From a bacterium (GTDB taxonomy: Bacteria > Electryoneota > AABM5-125-24 > Hatepunaeales > Hatepunaeaceae), in NCBI GenBank assembly GCA_025774605.1, contig JALGVR010000002.1:2522-66521 (forward strand): a stretch of 64,000 nt of DNA, read 5' to 3'. Under the pieces are notes generated by a model, which was not told the DNA's origin, searched no databases, and saw only the letters and a program-made list of their open reading frames with translations. Position numbers and translations under genes: made by a program. Below, in pieces: positions 56,265 to 64,000 of the stretch. Position 1 is the first letter of the stretch, and every line of letters begins with the position of its first letter.

Positions 56265-57358
56265 CAGACCTCCAGGCGTCCGATCAGGTCGCTCAAGCGA
56301 TCCACGCCGTGCCTTACGCAGTATTCGATCATCTCCTCGAGGATCCGCACCGGCGCATCATAATCGGCGAAGAGCACTGAGCCGAGTTGCAGTCCACTGG
56401 CTCCGGCAAGCATGAACTCGATGCCGTCAATGCCGTTGATTATTCCACCCGACGCCCAGATCGGCACATCGACGACCTGAGCTGCCTGCCAGACCTTCGC
56501 CAGCGCCACCGGCTTGAGCGGCGGACCGCTGTAACCACCGGTGACATTGCCGAGCAGAGGTTTGCGTGATTCGGCGTCGACAACCATGCCCGACAGCGTG
56601 TTGGTCAGGGTAAACGCATCCGCTCCCGCTCTGACGGCCGCTTCAGCGACCGGACCGATAACCGCGTAGTGCGGCGTCAGCTTTACGGACATAAACCTGC
56701 CGGTAACCGACCTCACCTCGCTGACAACCGCCGCCACGGCGTCGCGGTCGCCGCCGAGATCAAGACCGCCCCGCCTGACGTTGGGACACGACACGTTCAA
56801 CTCGTATCCGGATATGCCCGCAACGCCCTCGAGCCTCTCCACCACGGCGACGAATTCCTCAACGCTGTCGCCGACCACGCTGACAAACAGCTTCGTCTCG
56901 TCAACCGGCAGAACACCGGCTTTCCCGGCGATGAAGCCGTCCACACCCAGGTTGGCAAGACCGATCGAGTTTATTATTCCGCCGGCCGATGTTTCGCAGA
57001 TCCGCGGCGGCGGATTGCCCGGTCTCGGCTCCAGTGAGATTGACTTCGTTACCACGCCGCCAAACCTGGAGTAGTCAACGAGGCTGCGGAATTCATCACC
57101 GTAACCGAAAGTACCGGAGCCGGTCAGGAGCGGTGTCTGCAGATCAAGTCTCCCCATCCTGATACTTGTGTCCACCCTCACGATCGTCCTCCCGCATTCA
57201 GGTCGACCGCTGAAGCCCTGAATGCCGGTCCGTCGCGGCAGACAAGATAGTAGCCATCGCCGTCCGCTCTCGGAACCGCACAACTCTGACACGCACCGAC
57301 GCCGCATCCCATCGAAACCTCCAGCGATATATAAGCGGGAATCGATCGGGAGACGCAC
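56264..57358 (-). CDS. pyrD: dihydroorotate dehydrogenase catalytic subunit (class 1B)
   Basis: LLTGSGTFGYG...GGVVTKSI...NSIGLANLG matches PyrD. The first 67 codons of the ORF look non-native; the probable start is the internal ATG at 57157 (MGRLDLQTPLL), giving a 22-nt overlap with pyrK. Confidence 0.85.
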   Translation of the reverse strand: MRLPIDSRLYIAGGFDGMRRRCVSELCGSESGRRWLLSCLPRRTGIQGFSGRPECGRTIVRVDTSIRMGRLDLQTPLLTGSGTFGYGDEFRSLVDYSRFGGVVTKSISLEPRPGNPPPRICETSAGGIINSIGLANLGVDGFIAGKAGVLPVDETKLFVSVVGDSVEEFVAVVERLEGVAGISGYELNVSCPNVRRGGLDLGGDRDAVAAVVSEVRSVTGRFMSVKLTPHYAVIGPVAEAAVRAGADAFTLTNTLSGMVVDAESRKPLLGNVTGGYSGPPLKPVALAKVWQAAQVVDVPIWASGGIINGIDGIEFMLAGASGLQLGSVLFADYDAPVRILEEMIEYCVRHGVDRLSDLIGRLEV

Positions 57359-58002
57359 ACTTCCTTCAGGCTTTGAAGCATGGGAACCGGTCCGCAGCCG
57401 TAGACGACTATCTTTCGACGCTTCAGTTCCGTCAGGCGATTTTCCAACAGATCTATAACCGTACCATGATAGCCGATGCTGCCGTCATCGCTGGCTATAA
57501 CGATTTTAAGGCGTTTGATTTCGACATCATCCACAGTCTGATGCGCGGACGATCTCATACCGAGCAGAAAATCATGATCAATGCTATTGACAAACTGGTT
57601 ATCCATCAGCAACAGGGGAACCATGCCGATACCGCCGGCGACGAGAATCGGATATTGATCGGTCTCCGGCGCTGGAAACGGATTTCCCAGGGGACCTATC
57701 ATGTCGATTATATCGCCGGGATGTTTGCCGGCAAGCAACCGTGTGCCGACCCCCTTGACGACGAAGATCAACCTGAGATAGTCGCCTCTGCACGGTCCGA
57801 CACTTAACGGTCTGCGTAGAAAGGGATTGAAACCATCACTGACGCGGACATGAACAAACTGTCCGGCTCGACTGGCTCCGGCGATTGCAGGGGAATGAAT
57901 GGTCATGTCCCAGACGCTCCCCGAGATCTTGCGAACCTGTTCGACAACCCCCTTTTCAGCGATGGGAGTGTTATTCCGGTCTGTCATCTTCACCAAATAC
58001 AA
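57178..58002 (-). CDS. pyrK: dihydroorotate dehydrogenase electron-transfer subunit
   Basis: FAD/NAD-binding ferredoxin-reductase-like fold with a C-terminal 2Fe-2S Cys cluster (CGVGACQSC). Immediately upstream of pyrD. Confidence 0.8.
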   Translation of the reverse strand: MYLVKMTDRNNTPIAEKGVVEQVRKISGSVWDMTIHSPAIAGASRAGQFVHVRVSDGFNPFLRRPLSVGPCRGDYLRLIFVVKGVGTRLLAGKHPGDIIDMIGPLGNPFPAPETDQYPILVAGGIGMVPLLLMDNQFVNSIDHDFLLGMRSSAHQTVDDVEIKRLKIVIASDDGSIGYHGTVIDLLENRLTELKRRKIVVYGCGPVPMLQSLKEVCVSRSIPAYISLEVSMGCGVGACQSCAVPRADGDGYYLVCRDGPAFRASAVDLNAGGRS

Positions 58003-60412
58003 ACAGTTGTTTCATGCGCGTGGAGACTTTCTGCCCGTGATACCTGCCCGCTCTGTAGCGCAGTTTCTTCAACACCTTCCGGGCGGCCTCCTCAAACCCC
58101 ATACCGGGAGGATCCACAGATGTCACCTCAACCTCGGTTATCATTCCGGTTTTATCAACCACGAATTGCATCTCGACCCTTCCGGCAGTTGCCTCAGCGC
58201 CCGGAACCGGCTTTGGAGCATAGGTTCTGACCAGATTTCTAAGCCCGGAAACACTGGTAAGCATCTGTGGCAGTTCGTCGACATCATCGGGCTCGAAAAC
58301 CTTCTCGGGTTGAATGATTCCTTCATAATCCGCGCCCGAACCTTCGTCAATCAACTCCGGCTCAAGCCCGTTGTAAAGTTCGAAGCCCTGTTCCATTCCC
58401 TTTCCGGCGCTGTCCGGGCCGCCCGCCTGCCGCTCCCGGTCCGCCTCAAGTCTGCCCCGGGTTCTTGCCTTGGATATCCTGCCGAAGGATGTACCGCTGA
58501 ATTGGTCGGCGATGGCGGCATAGAGTCGATATGCGGTCGAATCATCTCTCAGAGCCTCTCGCGAGAGATAAGCCTCCGCCAGCATGGCACGGGCGCGGAC
58601 ATCCGACGTTGAATCCGCGCGTTCGGCGACCTCGTGATATATTTCACGCGCCCGCGCCGGATCATCATCATCGAGCCAGCACGACTCCGCCTGATCCAGC
58701 AGGAGGCTCAAGCTGTCAACCTCTTGTGGTTCGATGGGAAGTCCGAGTACAATCCTGGCGCGGTCGGCAAACGGCCCATGCGGCATCCTCTCCAGAATCA
58801 GCCTGTAAAGTGAATCACGGCTCGCTGAGTCACCGCGTGCCTTGGCGATATATGCCAGCGAAGCAATCGAGCGGCTCCAAATCTCGCTGGAATCGTCAAC
58901 AGCCGCACTTTTGCAGATGTAAAACTCGGCGCTGTCAAGATCATTGCGCTCGAACAGGTGAAACTCAGCCAGGTCGAAGTCCGCCTTCCGCAGTTGCTCC
59001 AGGCGCTGCAGATACAGTGAAGCGAGCGCGGTGGAATCCAGCGCGGAGACAGTGTCGTCAACCGCCGTTTTCGTGGAGTCGACGGTGGTGTCGGGCGCCG
59101 CCGGCAGTTTCTCCGCGAACCTGCTGAGTCGATTCCTGCGGGAGCGCTTCGACCGCCGGCGCCCGCCGGATTCCGCTGCACCCTTCCGGACGATGAGACT
59201 GAGTGAATCTACATAAACCGTGTCCGTAAACAGAAACTCCCTGTCGCGGTTCAAGGAGCTGTCAATTGCGTTCAATTGACTTTCCAGAAAACCGATCCAG
59301 TGCCATGAACCGTATAACGATTCAATCTCAGCCCTGAGCGAATCCCCCGCGGCAACCCATTCGGACGATCGCTCGGCGCCCTTGATCTCCAACAGGACTG
59401 AACGAGCTCCGGCCAGGTCATGCCACCTCTCCCACAACAACCGCCCCAATTCGAAGTAAGCCCTCGCAGCCAGCTCTCCACGCTTATTGGTTTCAACCAG
59501 GTTTTCCAGTCCTTTCCTCGCCTCCTCGTGGTTTCCCAGTTTTAGCCGGCAAAGGGCGACCTCCAATTCAATCAGGGGAAAGTCGTTGATGTAAGCCGCA
59601 TCTCGCAACAACTCCTCGAGTGACCGCAAAGCCTCCTCCGTTCGGTCGAGTCGCCTCAGGATCACAGCCCTCTTGAGCGTCGCATCCAGCCTGACCCGGC
59701 GGGATGGATTGGAGTTCAGTATCTCATCATACAGGTCAACAGCTTCGGAGACTTTCTGCGTACGGTTCAGGCATTCGCCGATGTTTATCCAGGCAACATC
59801 GCACAGCCATTTATCGTCCGTACCCGAGTCGATTACCTTGTGAAACTGCTCCGAAGCCAGATCCCACCGCTCCTGTTCAAAGTAGTATTCACCGAGCGCC
59901 TGGTGTGCCTGAGCAAGCAACTCGGGTGAGGCTTCCGACATGAATATGTCCGCCAACACGAGGCGTCCCGAATCGGGCTGTGAAACCTTGAGCAGCGACA
60001 TTCCCTTCCAGAGCAATCCCTCAAGAACCAATTCGGAGTCGGGGTATTTCTGGATCAATTCGTTGACTTTTTTAATGGATTTCCGATAATTTTCAACCCT
60101 GTAGTAAGCCTTTGCCAGCAGGAGCAGGGCATCATCCTCCCATCGGCTGTTCGGATGATACTCCAGCATCCTGCCTGCCGATTCGATGCACTTATCATAA
60201 CCGGACGAAGACCTTCTTCCACCGGCTTTGGCTCTATCCTCATTCCCCGTAATTCTGCTCTTTTCAGCCTCGTTATAATACTTCTTGGCATTGTAAAAAT
60301 AATTGTAATAGGCACAACCGGAGAGCAGGCCGACCAGCACAAGGACAATGCCGATTCCGACAGGAGTGTCCGATCCACCGGCGGAAAATACCCTTTTTAA
60401 GTTGACATCCAT
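57971..60412 (-). CDS. TPR-repeat lipoprotein with C-terminal TonB-C domain
   Basis: 813 aa. Lipobox LLSGC near the N-terminus. Multiple TPR-like helical repeats. The C-terminal 90 aa (VEMQFVVDKTGMITEVEVTS...) resemble the TonB C-terminal domain. Confidence 0.6.
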   Translation of the reverse strand: MDVNLKRVFSAGGSDTPVGIGIVLVLVGLLSGCAYYNYFYNAKKYYNEAEKSRITGNEDRAKAGGRRSSSGYDKCIESAGRMLEYHPNSRWEDDALLLLAKAYYRVENYRKSIKKVNELIQKYPDSELVLEGLLWKGMSLLKVSQPDSGRLVLADIFMSEASPELLAQAHQALGEYYFEQERWDLASEQFHKVIDSGTDDKWLCDVAWINIGECLNRTQKVSEAVDLYDEILNSNPSRRVRLDATLKRAVILRRLDRTEEALRSLEELLRDAAYINDFPLIELEVALCRLKLGNHEEARKGLENLVETNKRGELAARAYFELGRLLWERWHDLAGARSVLLEIKGAERSSEWVAAGDSLRAEIESLYGSWHWIGFLESQLNAIDSSLNRDREFLFTDTVYVDSLSLIVRKGAAESGGRRRSKRSRRNRLSRFAEKLPAAPDTTVDSTKTAVDDTVSALDSTALASLYLQRLEQLRKADFDLAEFHLFERNDLDSAEFYICKSAAVDDSSEIWSRSIASLAYIAKARGDSASRDSLYRLILERMPHGPFADRARIVLGLPIEPQEVDSLSLLLDQAESCWLDDDDPARAREIYHEVAERADSTSDVRARAMLAEAYLSREALRDDSTAYRLYAAIADQFSGTSFGRISKARTRGRLEADRERQAGGPDSAGKGMEQGFELYNGLEPELIDEGSGADYEGIIQPEKVFEPDDVDELPQMLTSVSGLRNLVRTYAPKPVPGAEATAGRVEMQFVVDKTGMITEVEVTSVDPPGMGFEEAARKVLKKLRYRAGRYHGQKVSTRMKQLFVFGEDDRPE

Positions 60413-60466
60413 AGTTTATTGTTTTAACTTCATAAGTTCAGTTTATAAAAACAAAAGGATTAATTG

Positions 60467-60736
60467 ATGGCACACCATAAATCAGCAATTAAACGGATAA
60501 AAACCAATCGGAAATCGAATCTGCGCAACCGGCATTACCGCACGTTGATGCGCACGTCGCTGCGTCGCGTCCGGGAAAGCAGCTCTCCGGAGACGCTTCA
60601 GGGGAACCTGCGTTCAGCCTGTGCCGTTCTCGACCGACTCGTCGGGAAAGGCATCATTCACCGCAACAATGCCGCCCGACGTAAATCCAAGCTGCATCGT
60701 ATGGTCGCCAGCCGGCTCAATGAACCTCAAGCTTAG
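60467..60736 (+). CDS. rpsT: 30S ribosomal protein S20
   Basis: MAHHKSAIKRIKTNRKSNLRNRHYRT... The ORF track starts one codon earlier at a TTG. An aaagga RBS lies 6-11 nt before the ATG. Confidence 0.9.
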   Translation: MAHHKSAIKRIKTNRKSNLRNRHYRTLMRTSLRRVRESSSPETLQGNLRSACAVLDRLVGKGIIHRNNAARRKSKLHRMVASRLNEPQA

Positions 60737-60747
60737 ACAACGGTACT

Positions 60748-62277
60748 CTACGACGAGATATTGTAATTCGGCGCTTCATGGGTGATGATCACATCATGCG
60801 GATGTCCTTCCTTCACACCCGCCGCGGTTATCCTGATGAAGCGCGTCCGTTTCTTGAATGATCTGATGTCCGGGCAACCGCAGTAGCCCATCGACGCCCT
60901 TAACCCGCCCGTCAACTGAAAGATCGTATTCGAGAGCTTGCCTCGATACGGCACCCTGCCTTCAATTCCCTCGGGTACCAACTTTTCGGGATCGGCGTTT
61001 TCCTGGAAATAGCGATCGGCGGAACCCTTCTTCATCGCCGCCAGCGAACCCATTCCGTAGTAGATCTTGAAAGTACGTCCCTCCCAGAGAACCGTCTCGC
61101 CGGGCGCCTCCTCCATACCGGCGAAGAGGCTTCCCAGCATGACCGCGTCAGCGCCTGCCGCAATCGATTTCGCAATATCGCCCGAATACCTGACTCCACC
61201 GTCAGCCACCAGAGGCACGCCGCTGCCTTCGATGGCTCCCGCACAAGCCATCACCGCCGATACCTGTGGCACACCGATGCCGGCGATCACCCTCGTCGTG
61301 CAGATGGCGCCGGCACCGATACCGACCTTGATACCGTCCACACCGGCTTCAACCAGGTCCGCAGCGCCGGAGGCCGTCGCCACGTTTCCCGCCAGAATAT
61401 CCGTTGCCGGGAACCGCGCCTTTATCTCCTCAACCGTGCGTATCACCCCTTCGGAATGACCATGCGCAGTGTCCACGGTGATGAGATCGACCCCCGCTTC
61501 CACCAGTCCGGCGACCCTGTCCATAGTTCCCGGAGCAACGCCGACCGCCGCACCGACGCGCAACCGGCCGTCATTATCCATGCAGGCGTTGGGGAATTTC
61601 TGTTTCTTCTGAATGTCCTTGGCGGTTATCAATCCCACCAGTTTTCCCCCGCCGTCCACAATCGGCAGCTTTTCGATGCGTTTCTTCTGAAGCACCTCCT
61701 TGGCTTTCTCGAGGCTCGTTCCCTCCGGTGCCGTAACCAGCGGTTCGCGGGTCATGTATTCCGATATCGGCAGGCTGGTATCCTCGGCAAACCTGATGTC
61801 CCGATGGGTCAACATTCCCACCAGTCTTTCCTCCCTGACGATCGGAATCCCGGATATCATGGTCTTGTTCATCACCTCCAGCGCATGTGACAGGGGAACG
61901 TCGGGGGGCAGCGTGATCGGGTTCGGGATATAGTGGCTCTCGGATCTCTTGACCCGGCTGACCTGGGATGCCTGTTCTTCGATGGTCATATTCTTGTGAA
62001 TCACGCCGATGCCGCCCTCCCTGGCGATGGCGATGGCCAGCTCAGATTCGGTTACAGTGTCCATCGCCGCACTGACCAGAGGTATGTTCAGCTCGATGTT
62101 GCGCGTGACGTTGGTCCTGATGTCCACATCGCGCGGCAGGACACTCGAACGTCGCGGTTCAAGCAGAACATCATCGAAGGTAAGCCCAATGCCGACAAGC
62201 TTTTCCGGCTTGATTCCCTTCGATTCCCCGGTTTCAAAATTTCCGTTCATGTCTCTCATTATACTATCGTCTCCCAA
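60748..62277 (-). CDS. guaB: inosine-5'-monophosphate dehydrogenase
   Basis: 509 aa. Tandem CBS domains inserted in a TIM barrel. Active-site loop [20 protein letters not shown]. Confidence 0.95.
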   Translation of the reverse strand: MGDDSIMRDMNGNFETGESKGIKPEKLVGIGLTFDDVLLEPRRSSVLPRDVDIRTNVTRNIELNIPLVSAAMDTVTESELAIAIAREGGIGVIHKNMTIEEQASQVSRVKRSESHYIPNPITLPPDVPLSHALEVMNKTMISGIPIVREERLVGMLTHRDIRFAEDTSLPISEYMTREPLVTAPEGTSLEKAKEVLQKKRIEKLPIVDGGGKLVGLITAKDIQKKQKFPNACMDNDGRLRVGAAVGVAPGTMDRVAGLVEAGVDLITVDTAHGHSEGVIRTVEEIKARFPATDILAGNVATASGAADLVEAGVDGIKVGIGAGAICTTRVIAGIGVPQVSAVMACAGAIEGSGVPLVADGGVRYSGDIAKSIAAGADAVMLGSLFAGMEEAPGETVLWEGRTFKIYYGMGSLAAMKKGSADRYFQENADPEKLVPEGIEGRVPYRGKLSNTIFQLTGGLRASMGYCGCPDIRSFKKRTRFIRITAAGVKEGHPHDVIITHEAPNYNISS

Positions 62278-64000
62278 AAAAATCCCCAGTAATCGGTAAT
62301 CTGTCGTGTATATTCAAATCCAACGAAAAGAATGATAAGCAGAACAACCGGGCCGATGAACCAGAGAACATTCACCACAGCCATCGAACGACGGGCGTGC
62401 TGCATTATTATCGACATCAGCCGCTGATGAGACCAGGCGCTCAACAGAATGAGGATTGCCAATACCAGCCAGCCGATCGAAGCATCGAACAGTCTCTCCG
62501 AGAGCATGCCCACCGGCAGCAGACAGAGATAGCCCGCAGATGCCCAGGTTACATATGCAATCCCCTGCACCAGAGAGCAAGGCTTTCCCAGAATCTTACA
62601 GAGCAACACCGTTCGGATTGAAGCCAGCCATATCAGGATAAACACGAGGACCGAAAAGAAAGCCAGGGCTCGGGTTGGTTGCCACACCAGCGACGCCGTC
62701 CAGCGAAGCAGTTCGCTGTCGCCCATAAGGTAACCCAGCAGCCAGTCCATCGTATAGTCCCGACGGTTGTCAAAGAACCAGCCCGCTCCCAGCAATCCGA
62801 ACCCGCCTGAGATCAACACCGCGACAAGCAGAGTCTGACCGCTCTGGGCATATCTGCGATCTCCGATGTCGTGGAAGAATCCCTTCGGAGAGGTGAACGT
62901 TCGACCGAGATTAAACTTCAAAAGATTGTTACGCCTGATGGCGACGAACAGAATAATTATCAGTCCCAGGCCGACCGCAATGATCAGCCCGCTGTCCTGG
63001 TGTGGTCGTTCACCCCTCGCCAACGGCTGCACACGTCCGGAAGCCCAGTACTCCCTGATTCGGTGATATGCCAGCCTGGGGTTGCCGCTCGAATCACAGA
63101 TCCCGGTGGTGTAGAGGTTGCTTTGCCCCTTCAGAGGACTTGAAATTGACGGTACGACGCCTTCCCAATCAGTAAAATCACCAACAACGATCCCCACGCA
63201 TCCCGGGACCTTTTCCCCCTGTCGGATCATGTTCAGCAGATAATCAGCCTGGCCGACTTCGGATGCAGGGTCGGCGTAGCCTCCCAGGTTCCCGGGTTGA
63301 ACGGCTCGCCGGATACCTCCGATCATGAAAGGTCGGTCTCCACTGATTGCACCGATCCCGGCAGGCTCCTCCGCCCCGCTGAAGGGCGTCAGTTCCAGTA
63401 TGGCGAAATCCAGCGGCGCGGCTGTAAACCGGTTCTTGAAAGGGAAGGACGCATAAACAGGTCGTTCATCGAGGTCGTGAACCAACTGCGTGAGCTGTCT
63501 ATAATAGGACTGGTTTGAACCGTCCGGCGGGTTGATCTGCGAACCGATTCCCCATCCCGCTATACAGGTGAACCTGCCGTCCCTGCGAATCACGGCTTCC
63601 AATTGCTCCGATGCGGATCGAATCAGCTCCGGATCCGACAGAATCGGATCGGGAGCCTGAAAGATGGGTATCTCTTCGAACACCAACAGACCGTATCTAT
63701 CACAAATATCCAGAAAAGCCGTTGAGGCAGAGCCCTGGAGAATACGCACCGCGTGGACGCCAAGCTCCTTCATCTTCACCACATCGGCCTCAAGTTGCTC
63801 CGGATCGGTCAGCGCCCCGTGCCCGGGCCTGACCTCGGGATAGCTGATGCACCTGAGCTGTAACCCCTGCCCGTTTAAGATGAAGCCATCCGGAGTCAGT
63901 TTCAGAGATCTTGCGCCGAACCTTGTCTCAAGACTGTGTCGGGTGTTCGAGGTGATGATTGAACCGCGCAGCCGGTATAACCACGGGGAGGTAAATATCC
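62259..64000 (-). CDS. glycoside hydrolase family 2-like TIM-barrel domain fused to a polytopic membrane domain (N-terminus beyond window)
   Basis: The minus-strand frame is open from 63782 to the window end. Manual translation upstream gives ...[70 protein letters not shown], a GH2 (beta-galactosidase/glucuronidase) catalytic-barrel pattern. The C-terminal 250 aa contain about 6 hydrophobic helices. Confidence 0.55.
   Translation of the reverse strand, partial: IFTSPWLYRLRGSIITSNTRHSLETRFGARSLKLTPDGFILNGQGLQLRCISYPEVRPGHGALTDPEQLEADVVKMKELGVHAVRILQGSASTAFLDICDRYGLLVFEEIPIFQAPDPILSDPELIRSASEQLEAVIRRDGRFTCIAGWGIGSQINPPDGSNQSYYRQLTQLVHDLDERPVYASFPFKNRFTAAPLDFAILELTPFSGAEEPAGIGAISGDRPFMIGGIRRAVQPGNLGGYADPASEVGQADYLLNMIRQGEKVPGCVGIVVGDFTDWEGVVPSISSPLKGQSNLYTTGICDSSGNPRLAYHRIREYWASGRVQPLARGERPHQDSGLIIAVGLGLIIILFVAIRRNNLLKFNLGRTFTSPKGFFHDIGDRRYAQSGQTLLVAVLISGGFGLLGAGWFFDNRRDYTMDWLLGYLMGDSELLRWTASLVWQPTRALAFFSVLVFILIWLASIRTVLLCKILGKPCSLVQGIAYVTWASAGYLCLLPVGMLSERLFDASIGWLVLAILILLSAWSHQRLMSIIMQHARRSMAVVNVLWFIGPVVLLIILFVGFEYTRQITDYWGFFWETIV

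Overview
High-GC (about 58-60%), gene-dense bacterial chromosomal segment. Almost all genes are on the minus strand; only three are on plus (yhhQ-like, LOG-like, rpsT). Several secreted proteins carry C-terminal type IX secretion (T9SS) sorting domains (motif YPNPFN near the C-terminus) and a PorV/PorQ-like outer-membrane protein is present, so the source is probably a T9SS-bearing FCB-superphylum lineage; I cannot name the organism. Core housekeeping genes lie at both ends: metK (partial), ileS, lspA, divIVA, yggS, a purine nucleoside phosphorylase, priA, menA-like, split transketolase, cdsA, rlpA, pyrK/pyrD, rpsT and guaB. In the middle is an accessory block of about 19 kb holding three very large T9SS cargo genes (1896, 2906 and 922 aa; the last resembles a C25/PorU-type peptidase). 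It is followed by a small locus with a PorV-like protein, a membrane-anchored LivK-like binding protein, a zinc-ribbon membrane protein and an HExxH metalloprotease-like protein. Three intergenic regions (24904-25546, 31238-32291, 51806-52087) contain one family of short REP-like hairpin repeats; their stems carry compensatory base changes, and two of the regions hold tandem half-site arrays capped by a full palindrome. I found no tRNA, rRNA, CRISPR array or recognisable transposase. No single system is obviously novel on sequence alone. The best candidates for follow-up are the T9SS cargo/sortase block, the hairpin-repeat family, the YhhQ-LOG pair and a GH2-membrane fusion.
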